A stretch of 64,000 nucleotides of DNA from Lama glama (taxonomy: Eukaryota): NCBI GenBank assembly GCA_028534125.1, contig CM052832.1, forward strand, positions 5,954,001 to 6,018,000. The letters are read 5' to 3'. The notes under the pieces are model-generated. The model had not been told where the DNA came from, did no database searches, and saw nothing but the letters and a program-made list of their open reading frames with translations. Positions 53,504-64,000 of this stretch are shown here, one piece after another (the first letter of the stretch is position 1; the number at the start of each line of letters is the position of its first letter). Made by a program: the position numbers and the translations under genes.

Positions 53504-53740
53504 CCAAGCTTTCCAATTCCTAATTAGAATAACTAGAATTAATAATTAGAGTTTCTAATTATTACATTTTCTAATTCAAGTTTTTTTGCCATAGGAGAGA
53601 AACACTATTAAAAATTTCTTTGAAAACTAACTTGCTCACACTAGAAACTTGGCAGATTACTTCTTTGCCTGCTATGATTTGGAAGAATTCTTTACACATG
53701 TCTTAAGTAGTGCTCAAGGAAGGAAATAAAGGCCACTCAC

Positions 53741-53922
53741 CCATGATCCTTTTTCAGTGCTTCCACAATGCACAGCAATTCAACAATCTGAGCTCTAAGT
53801 TCATCCAACGAATTTTTCTTCCCATCATCTGTTTCTGCCTTAGCTTTGATTTCTAATGGAGTTAGAAAAGCAGCCGTATTGGGTTTAGAAGCACTTGAAG
53901 GTGTTGAAAGATATGCAGACGG
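53741..53922 (-). CDS. CD2AP: CD2AP coding exon (start of C-terminal coiled coil)
   Basis: ttttag acceptor, GG|gtgagt donor; [60 protein letters not shown](G); 182 bp. Confidence 0.96.
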
Positions 53923-54982
53923 CTAAAAACAGAAAAAAACAGAAAAAGTTTATTTTATTTGTACTTATATTTAAGGTCAAAAGATTTTTAACTGCAAGGA
54001 GATAAATAATTGATGTACTACTTTCAAGATAAATGATAAATTCAAAAAGCAGCTTGATGTTCACAACTAGAAAAACCAAAGACTCAAAGAATAAACAATT
54101 ACTACAGGTTTTTATAAGAAATGTCAAGGGCTTTATCTTAAAAAAAGAAAAAAGGGAAAAGGAAAATTCATGAGATTTATCTTATGGATGGTTTGCCTAT
54201 GGAGCATCCACAAGCAAGAACATGTCAGCATTATTAAGGTACCTCATATTAAATAGTTATTATTTAGAATATCCAAAGAGCTTCACTTAAAAGTAATCAT
54301 GAAGAATTTAGTAAGTCCATTGAAGAGGCATTGAAATGAATCCACAGCCTGACACCCTTTTACTATTTCACTTAGGCAACAGCACGTAAAATCTCAACAG
54401 ACTGATGACAGTTGACAGAATCAGAGTAAGTGTACCGGGTAAATTGGATTCTCAGTCAAATGCCCTGAAATGAATTTGAGGAAGCAGCATGATCTTCTCA
54501 AATATGTGTGTCAGCTGTGGTTGTACTATCTTACAGTGCAAGGGTTTAGCAAAGACGCTCAACACCATGTAGCAGGTGGAAAAACCCAGGAATTCCACCG
54601 TTCACTCCAGTGTGCATTCAGTGCTTATGACCAGGCCAGGCACCGAGTGACATAAGGAGTAAAAACGCAACAGCTTCTGACCTAAAGAGGCATGTTTAAT
54701 GGGAAAGGAAACAAATGTATAGATCTCTGCCTTATAAAATATAAAATATGCAACATCTGTATTACTCATTTAAAATAATGTAACTCTTCTCAAAAAAGAT
54801 CTATAGAGAATAAGAACGTAACTTAAGTTTAACATGAATTATTTTTATTTAGTTGTAGTAGGAATTATTTTATTTCTTGGAAGAAGAGATACTTCTTCCC
54901 AACGGATACTTTAAATCCCATCACTTTGATGTTCACAAAGAACGCTACAAATTACACAATCTTAGACCACAACGCGCCCCAC

Positions 54983-55084
54983 CTTTGGAGAGTAGCATGG
55001 GTCCTTTTTAAGCTCAGATGGCTTCAGGCTGGCACTGTCATCTTCTTTTGGTAACTTCGAGATTTTTTCTGGGCTGTGAGTCGG
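54983..55084 (-). CDS. CD2AP: CD2AP coding exon
   Basis: T-rich tract + ttcag acceptor, AAG|gtgggg donor; [34 protein letters not shown]; 102 bp, phase 0/0. Confidence 0.95.
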
Positions 55085-55782
55085 CTGAATGATTAAAAAA
55101 AAAAATCAAGAAACAGAAAACAGCAAAGAAGGAAAAGCTAGTAAGCATCTGAATAAAGCAAGTAACTTTCATCACTGTTTCCAGCAGCTACTGTTCCAGA
55201 TAGTCTATTATTGTTAACAGGATGTTACATAATTTCATGTTGAATAACACACTTGCTTATCTAGAGGGTGGGAAAGCAGCCTGCCCACGAGCAACCACAA
55301 TTTTCTCTCCTTAGGAAATTTAAAAGTGCAATAGTGCTTAAGAGCTAATATATTAACACTGAAGTACTAACAGTGTCCCGCGCAATGTCCAGAAAGCATA
55401 AAAAGAAGTTACACATTTGGAGATGAAGATTAGTACTACAAAAAACACGATTTTGTGGGGGGAAAATGTTCTCGTTCTTTCCTGAAGCGAATATACATAC
55501 CACTCAAGTCCAATTATTTTTGTCAGATGAGTAGATTACACCGTCTCCCTGGCCCCTTCTGACACCGTGCTGTGTGGCTATGGACAACTCTATTCCTACT
55601 TCTGTAAACTTCTATTCCAAGCCCTGTTGAACTGAACAGGTTTCTTTCCCCCTCTTTTAACCCTCGGCCACTTCCTGACTTTTAAACTTTGGCGGAGCTA
55701 CAAATCCCCCCTGATTCTTATCTTCAGAAGCACTCTGGATTTGCAAAATTCTCTGTGTTTTAGAATAGTAAATGCCACCCAC

Positions 55783-55895
55783 TGAATGTCCACCGTTGAA
55801 GCGGCCAGGCAATCTTCTCCCAGGCATCTTCGGTCTATTTGCAGTGAGATGTAGCAAGTTTTCTGAGGAAGCTATGTCATCAAAATTTATAAGAT
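55783..55895 (-). CDS. CD2AP: CD2AP coding exon carrying the actin capping-protein interaction (CPI) motif
   Basis: ctccag acceptor, TCA|gtgggt donor; (D)[37 protein letters not shown] contains LxHxTxxRPK(x)6P; 113 bp. Confidence 0.96.
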
Positions 55896-57479
55896 CTGGA
55901 GAATAGAAGTAAATACGTCTACTAAGAGATAACTACATTTTAAAAGGAAAAAAAAGTCTCTGGGTTTTTAACAAACTATAAAATTAAAGAGACCACGATG
56001 ACTCACAAGTTGATCTGTGCTTTTCATATGCATTTGGAAAACAACACTCACTCTTGAAAACAAACATCTTCTTTACCTGGTACAGTTTACATATTAACAA
56101 TATAAAGTTCATGTTTCTAAAAGAGACTTAGACCTCAATAAGAGTTCTCACTGAAAGATACAAATCTGTACCATAGGTTGTAGTAGTTTGAAGAAGTGAT
56201 CATCTTAAGTTCTTGCTTATTAAAAAAAAAAACGATCTATTTCTTCAACTCAGAATTAATTACAACATATCGGAAAATTAACACACGAAATTTGCTTTAA
56301 AATTCAAGTAATATCCTAATATTAAAATTTAAAAACTCAATTACATCTCGGACCCTGCTGCTTCCCAACTGCATTTCTTAATGTAAAGTGAGAGTGTAAT
56401 TTTATGTACACATGTATGTGCACAGTATATTGTAGCTGGGACTCAACCTACTTATAGTTCATTACACTTCTGCTTAGACATTATGTGTTGGAATTATGTG
56501 ATAGGTATAAACCTAAGGCAAATCAGATACCAAGGGAAAATGCCACATAAAGTATCCATTTGCTTCCCCAACGCCAAAGGCTGTTTGACCTCTGATTCAA
56601 TAATTTGGGTTTAAGGACAAATCTGGGTAATCTGTATCTCTGAAATGATGGTATATATAATATCTTCCTTTTCCTAGATGGTCCAGAAAACCTTGCTAAA
56701 GAAGGTGATCTTTAATTTTGAAGTCCAGGTATCTGTAAGTGATGTAAGAACCCTAGGGGTAACTGCAGACATTTCCATTTGTCATTCTAATCTTCCTTTG
56801 GCCCAGATTTCAAACTAAGGCTATGAATCACAGTCAATAAGCCATCACTCATTATGGTAGCCTAGCCTTCCAGGTATGGAATCAGTCTCACATTACCACT
56901 GCCTGGAAGTTTATACCGCCTGTCTGTCAAATATTTAGATGTCCAAACTCAGAGAATTCTTACAAGAAATTTAAAGATACTTATCATTACTGCCCTCAAA
57001 GCTTATTCATCAACTTTCATATTCAAAGTAATTTATTTGGAGAATTTTTTTAAAGGGATGGAGGATACAAAGGTGAAATAGGAAGAGGTCATCACTGTTT
57101 GGTAATATGCATTTTAAAACAACTATAAGTATTTGCTGATCTCTGTTAATTCTTTTCCATGTTCACGTTCTGGGATTGCTTTGCGTGTTCTATCTTGCAT
57201 CTAGTCTCTAGTTTAATACATCACAACAGGCAATCTAATGTGCTTGTTTTAATTTTTGTCTTTAAGTCGTTCAATAAGTATCTATAAATAATGATAATAT
57301 ATATAACAAACCACAATAAGAAACAGTGGTTTTAATGGAAAATGCATTAAATAATGTGAAAGACCTTGAGTTTAAATATATATTTAAATATCTCATTTTG
57401 TTAGTTTTAAAGACAAAACAATATTTTAAAAGATGTTAAAAATATGCTATAGTTCGCAGAGTTAAAAATTGTTTTTTAC

Positions 57480-57516
57480 ATTACACTTGATCTTAGCCAA
57501 AAGGCCAAGAAGTGAT
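57480..57516 (-). pseudogene. 3'-truncated (tailless) U2 snRNA retropseudogene
   Basis: Minus strand ATCACTTCTTGGCCTTTTGGCTAAGATCAAGTGTAAT matches U2 nt 1-37 with 3 differences; flanked by direct repeat gttttttac (57471-57479, 57517-57525). Confidence 0.93.
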
Positions 57517-60500
57517 GTTTTTTACGTTGATACTGGCAACCTACTAAAAACTGTTAAAAAGTACAATCCAATCATTTTGGCCTGTGGAGATTATTTTCAA
57601 ATGCATATTTAAGCAACTTGCAGAAAGAAAAAGGAACAAACAAAAACACAGGAAGGTATAAAGATAAATGAAACTGAAATGGTAAATAAAAGGAAAATTT
57701 ACAAAATTATACATCATGCTCATGTAAAATGCCTTTCATATGTCCAGTTTTGGACTACAACACCAAGACAATTTTACTATTCTAAAACTCTCTCAGGTCC
57801 TCCATTTAAGACGTTAGGTTAGTGAAATGAAATAGTGCACATTTTGGACTCACGATATATTTGAAACTTTTTAAATTTACCTAAGAGTGATATCAATGGA
57901 TTTATATTGTACAGGTGGCATAAAAGCATGACAATCACTTAACTCTTGCAATCACACTGTCACTCTGCCAGTCATTTACATTTCTACACGCTGCTTAAGA
58001 CATAGAATTTTTAAAAATCAAAATGAAATATCAATTTTGGGAGAAAATAAACTGACTTCTATGGATATCAATTTAAAAAAAAAACTTTTAGCAAGAGTAT
58101 TTTAAACTAATTAATCAAGAAAAATTTTCCAATATGAATTTCATTTTATTTTGAAATGGAAAACCAAAAGGGTTAGAATAGACAGACAAACATATATACT
58201 TTAGTAAAATTACAAAGAAAAATCAATGTGCACCACCTATTTATACTGAATATATTATTTTGACTTCTTTTATAAATTGTCATCTTACCAAAATGGAGGA
58301 AGGTAGGATAATTTCCTGACACGTAAGAAGGGAAACATGGCAAACAGGCTAGGAAACAAAATCTGGAAAGAAAAGTCAAGGATAGGAATGTCTAGAAAAA
58401 AGACTCAACCAAAAAAATTATTTTACAAAGCAGGAAAAAGGAACAGCTGTAGAATGAACAGAACCATTTCAACGTTCAGCAGATACTGCAGCTTATCTAA
58501 GTTTACATTACGATGTGTGTTAGAGTTTAGATTTATTCTTTTGTCTTTCCAAGGGAAAAACTATGATTAGTATTTAATTTCAATATACGTTAAACTAGAA
58601 AGAAGCCTTTTTTTATTACTCAGTGAACATCAAGACAGCTTCTAAAAGGATGTTTTAGTACTGAAATTAGAGGCCAGAGTAATAAATCAACATATTAGCA
58701 ACTCACTGATCCAACTGAAATTAAACCACCTTTTAGTCAAGTTTTAGTCCTCAACACATGACAGTAGTTACAATAAGAGAGGCAATTTTAATTCTGGTAT
58801 GGTTTAATGAAAAAAAAAAAAGCCAAATACTACTTTAAATATCTTATTATAAAAATACAACTCAACACAACACTTAAAAAAAGTCCCACATATATAAATG
58901 ATACTCTCTGTGGGTATAGTCTATTTCACTGTGGAAAATGTGACACTCCCTACGATGGTATTATCAAGGAAATTATTAGAAAATAACATTTTTAATCTCT
59001 GCTCTTTATTTCCCAGGTAAATTCTGCATTTTAGAGTGTGGTGTTTAGTTTTGTTTTGCTTTGAATCCTAGTTTATAAATACAGGCTCACTTTTTACCGT
59101 GTCTACCACTCAACCGGTAGACATCTTTTTGAAAAATCTCACCATAAATTATTTCTGGAAGAAAAAAATGAATATTGGGAAATTAATTCAAACAAAACAG
59201 ATCAATTATCAACTACAAATGAAGAGAAAGAATGTTGCCCTATTTAACAATGATGTCTTTCAGATCAAATAATGTATGTTATCTCTAAAATTTCCTGTAA
59301 CCCAAGAAGAATTTATCACAATCAAAAAGGATAAAATACTACTATAGTCTAAGAATGCGTCATCAACTGTGCTTTCTCACTGAAATGCCATGTTTCCACT
59401 AAATTTTCTGTCTTGTATTTTTAAAACTAACTGTAAACCAATTTTACTTCCTGGAAAATTTACTGTTTTAGAAATACTGAGACTATGTGAACTTATAATT
59501 ATTCAGTAGCAGTAGTGAGATCCATCCTAAATCAAGTTTTGATGAAGTGTTGGCAAAAGAGGGGAAAAAGTTAAAATATGGTTTAACAGCTCTGCAACGT
59601 GTAATACCATCTTGCCTCATATATGAGAACATTTATAGAGGGACTTCTTTAAAAAATGGAAACAAATTGAGTGCTCTAGGAATGTTTTTCTTATATGAAC
59701 AAAAGTCAGAGTCTGCACTTACAGACATAAATATGTTTACGTAAGACTTTATATGCAAGAAAATTTTATCTGAGAGTAGCAACAGGAATTTATAGATACG
59801 AGCAGAAACAGAATGAGATGGGGTAAACAATGGAGGAAGGGGAGGAGGAGAGAAATCACATTTTTTAACAACTTCTATGTCAGGTATTCTAACAGGTATC
59901 ACAGATATAACGGATCATTCAATTGTTAGTTAAGTGAGAAAATAAGAGAAAAAATATGCCAATGACCAATCAGCTAATAATTTAACACCCACATTTTAAC
60001 AGCAAAGTCTTTCTATGTCATTTCACCTCAAATCATTCTTTTACATAATAATGAAACACTAAGGAGATTTTCATGTATGTTGTAAACTTTCTGAAATTTA
60101 TGTTAAGGGGCAAGTTTCATGTCATTAAAATTTAAAACCTCAAACTGAGCCATTTATAAAAATTAAAACATGCCTCAACCTAATGCCAAATTTGAGGCTG
60201 TATTTGATGCAGAACGTTTCTCTTTAAGGTGCCAACATCTCAAAAAAGAAGTAAAACACTTTTATACCATAAATACTCAGAACATGATATTCTAATTTTA
60301 AAAAGATAAGGAACGGCCTCTGAGCTGAGGTTTGAGAGATAAGCTATGTGGGCACAACTCGTGCCCAAAACACTAGATACTTGCTCAGGAAATATTTGCT
60401 ACTTAATATGAACTCAAGTTCCAAAATTTACATTTTCTGAACTTTACAGGGTGTAAGTGTAGTACACCAAAGGCAGTCTGACAGGGGAAGATATGAAGAC

Positions 60501-62522
60501 TGCAGCCTGGCGGTTAGCTGTTAGGTTTTTGACCTTATATAAGCCTTGGCATCTCTAAATTACTTCCTTATTCATTTCAACAACAAAGGAAAAAAAATTA
60601 GAAATTTTCAAACCTTGTTCCACAAAGCCTCTATTTTTTAATGAAGAGGAAATAATGGCTACTGATATAAGACAAGAATTGGGACCCAAAACAAAGGAAA
60701 AAAAATAGAATTTTTCAACCACCAATAGGGTGACACTGTACACGTTTTTAGAAACATAGCAAAGGAAACAAACCTTGCTCGTAATCATATATAGAAAAAG
60801 TTTCGAAAAAAAGTGAAAATCTGTTTTAATTTACTTAAATTTTTTTGTATAACTTTGAGGCAACTAAATGAAGCAGATGTTCAAGAATGATACAAAGTAA
60901 CAGAAAAACAGGAAAAAAACACAGGCTGTAAACATTACTCTTTCAACTCCCAAAGAGACTCAGCAAATTTAAGACTTGTGTGATAAAGACTGCAGAAAAT
61001 TGTGGAAATTCAAAATAATACTTATGGATTTTTGATATCTAGGTTAGAAGTATGCACTTAATCTTTTTTCTCCAACTATTACTTTTGAAAACACATTTCT
61101 AGCTATATTTTAAATCAAACAGAAAATAATAAGAACTGACAGAATTATATTTTTTTACCATTAACCTCAGTGAAAAAAATGTAAAAAAAATTTTTTAAAA
61201 ACATAAAGATGAGTTTTTTGTTTTTATTTAACAGTAAATAAGAACAATTTTCACTGAGAATATACTGAATATATTTGAGAGAATATCTCTAAAATACAAT
61301 CAACATCTCAATTTCCAGAAATTATTGATGAATATGGCTTCATCCAGATCAAGCAGGATCTAAATACATGACAAAAGATCTATAAAACATTCAAATTGAA
61401 AAACTGAAGGAGGCCACGCTTGGGTCGGAGGTTTTGTACTGGCAAACTAAAGACAGGGAAGAAAAGTAAGTCATTTAAAAAAGCTGAAAGGTAGTAAGTA
61501 CCACCTTTTACAATATAGTGACAGAAAAATCTTGTGTAACTGGCCTTGAAGTTTACATGTGAAAAAAAAAAAGTTAACACTGAAGCTAAAGAACACATAA
61601 AGACATTAAAATTTTTTTAAAAGAAAATCACAGAGAACTCTATATAAAGGGGATTTAAAGAGTTCTTTTCTGGTTTACGTGATCTTGAACATTTACTATG
61701 TCTGTAGCTTTCTCTCTGTTTAGACGCAAAATAGGGGAAAATGGTATCTGCCTCCTAGAGTCAGTGTCAAAGATAAAATAAGAATATACATGAGAAAACG
61801 CTTTAAACACATTAAAAACTAGAAACAAATACAAAGTGCTATACAATAACCATTACCACAAAGTAGTGACTATGTGATGTTTTTAATAGTGAGACCTTTA
61901 TCAAGACTTCTCTGTTTCAAGTTTTCTATTTTACAACTGAGAGGTATAAAAGATCGGGAGACAAAAATGACTGCTGGGCTGAAAAATCAGTCCTAAAACT
62001 TACGGAACAACATTTAGCTAAAGAAGTAAAGCCTGCTGATCGATCGATCGATTGATCTATCTATGTGGGGGGGGGGTAGTATCAGAGTCATAAAAGAGCC
62101 TATTTTCCAGAAGGGGAAACAAAAGTATCTTGAGATTTAAGTGGAAAAATAAAAATAGTCTTCTTAAATACAATCTAGCGTGGGCACTGAAAGTCTATGG
62201 CATCTCTTTATTTTTAAACTTTAAAAACTAAAAGGTACTTCTACCTGCCTAAGCTAGGTGATACGGTCATTCCATTATCAGGGACAGAAGGATAAGGCTG
62301 ACCTGTCAGGATCCATCTCAGTCTTCTGACCACTGAGAAAGCTTATGTGAACCATCAATATTTCGCCCATTTATATTCTTTGGCTTCAGAGATTTGTCAA
62401 CAAATTTTTCTACTGTATCTATCCACACACAAATTACATACACAAATTTCTTATTTTAAACAGTTTCTACAAACCATATTTGCAACTTTTTTAATGCACC
62501 ATCTTTCCACATGTTAACTTAC

Positions 62523-62665
62523 CTGTTTCTTTCGAGCTCCTAACTGTAAAAGAATCTAGGTCTACTGATTTTGGTCTAAGTGGTAACTGTTCAGATTCTA
62601 GCTTTGGTTTTGATATTGGCTCAGTTTCAAACTTTGATAAAATGGAAGAAACTTCTCCATTAATC
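62523..62665 (-). CDS. CD2AP: CD2AP coding exon
   Basis: tttcag acceptor, G|gtaagt donor; [47 protein letters not shown]; phase matches both neighbours; 143 bp. Confidence 0.96.
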
Positions 62666-63037
62666 CTGAAATGAGAAAATCAAACATATGTAAAAATCAT
62701 TTTGTGTATAAAGCATGACCACCTTTTAAACATTGTGATTTAATGATACTGAAGATACTACAGTACTGATTTTTCTTTCTTGTCTATAAAATTATTTCTA
62801 TAAACGTAAACCTCTAGCCTAAGACCAATCACAATAAAATCAGAAATGTAAAGCACCTTAATGGGCGTCTGTTCACCTAGTATGAATATAAGATTAATAT
62901 TTAACAGAGATTACGGTCTATACAAAAAAATATGAAAAGCCAACACTTAATTACTTTGAGACTTAGAAAAGCATTGCAGTCAATTATGTCAAAGGTAGGC
63001 AAATCAACAAACTAACTTAAAATTAGGTAAAACTTAC

Positions 63038-63200
63038 TTGGCTACAGGAGGTGGTGGAGGAACCGGTTTTTCAGGTCGCTTTGGGTACACTGTTCCAGAA
63101 GATTTCAATAAATTATTGGCTTTGGTGGGTGGAGTAGGCTTCTTGGGTGGGACTTGTGGAGCAGCTGGTTTAGGTTTCTGTTCCAGCACTGATTTTTCAT
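63038..63200 (-). CDS. CD2AP: CD2-associated protein, internal coding exon (proline-rich region)
   Basis: aatcag acceptor and AA|gtaagt donor; encodes (D)[53 protein letters not shown](K), recognisable CD2AP proline-rich segment; 163 bp. Confidence 0.96.
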
Positions 63201-63810
63201 CTGATTATTTAAAAATATATAGTAAGTTACTGACAATCAGAACTATTTTGGTTTTTCTACTTCTTAAAGCTAACGTCAGGCTGGAAAAGGGTGAAACAGG
63301 CAGACATTATTTGTGTATGGGTGCGCTGCTTTAAAGTTTTAATTTACATTAGGAACTTTATTAGCACCATTTAACAGTTCTACAAAATAGGTAAGAAAAT
63401 ATTCTGGAAGAAACAACATTAAGAAAAATGTCATGCCGTGTTAATAAAAACAATTTTATCATCAAAAAGACATAGTTCTACATGTAGTGACATACTTAGC
63501 TCTTGATCTTTCAGGTACTGAGAACAGGCATTAAAATTAATACATGTGCACATATGAGATTGTCATGATACAGCAATCAGCAAAAAGTGTAACACAGGCC
63601 AATGTGCAGAAATAAGAAACTCCTAAGAATACTGAGTAATATTCAAAATTTACTAAGACTTTGAAGAGAATGTCTATCACAGGACCACAAACAATTTCAT
63701 ATTAGTCAGAGACTGATTATGAATCTTGACAAACATTCCAGGCCATGGTTAAACACCCTGTTCAAAATTACAGACTTTATTTAACAACAATAAAAATATA
63801 AAACACCACT

Positions 63811-63960
63811 GGGGGGAGGGCATAGCTCAGTGGTAGAGCACATGCTTAGCATGCATGAGGTCATGGGTTCAATCTCCAGTAACTGTGTTAAATTTTTTAA
63901 AAATTAATAAGTAAGTAAAACTAATTACCTCCCCAACACACACACACAAAATAATTAATT
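63811..63960 (+). mobile_element. tRNA-derived SINE (Vic-1-like)
   Basis: Same head and ctaattacctcccc tail. Confidence 0.88.
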
Positions 63961-64000
63961 AAAATACTATTGTTTCAGTTTTATCATTTTTGTACAGCTT

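Noticed and set aside
55657..55782. Open-frame extension of the CD2AP CPI exon (VGGIYYSK...AEG*)
   Set aside because: Simple read-through of a donor into the intron, ending in a stop; no supporting splice signal or homology.
62303..62418. Possible cassette exon in a CD2AP intron (ggatag acceptor, CAG|gtcagc donor)
   Set aside because: 116 bp with an in-frame stop and a weak acceptor; cannot be told from chance without RNA data.
1..64000. CRISPR arrays, operons, prokaryotic defence systems or horizontally transferred DNA
   Set aside because: Intron-exon structure and mammalian repeats throughout; no regularly spaced repeat-spacer array or gene-dense foreign segment.

Overview
Mammalian genomic DNA, very probably a camelid (alpaca or camel), judged from five copies of a tRNA-Ala-derived SINE resembling the camelid Vic-1 family. 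All genes lie on the minus strand, in the order known from human 6p12: the 3' half of CD2AP (six coding exons visible, 63200 to 47271, plus a ~2.9 kb 3' UTR), then the adhesion GPCR ADGRF2/GPR111 (six coding exons visible, 24673 to 9799), then what is probably the non-coding 5' region of ADGRF4/GPR115. No ADGRF4 coding exon was recognised. Two 500-N gaps probably hide one CD2AP coding exon and the ADGRF2 signal-peptide exons. The rest is intronic or intergenic DNA with SINEs, L1s, solo LTRs, MER DNA transposons and MIR/L2 remnants. Most ORFs in the track are spurious. I found no new biological system. The best observations are: (1) three small intact exons that complete TM7, helix 8 and the C-tail of ADGRF2, alongside an open intronic read-through; (2) a non-canonical GPS cleavage site; (3) an LTR-derived candidate ADGRF2 exon; (4) two unexplained local duplications; (5) a tailless U2 retrocopy; (6) a fold-back structure at an L1 5' junction. 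Comparisons to human or mouse proteins and repeat-family names are from memory, not from searches.
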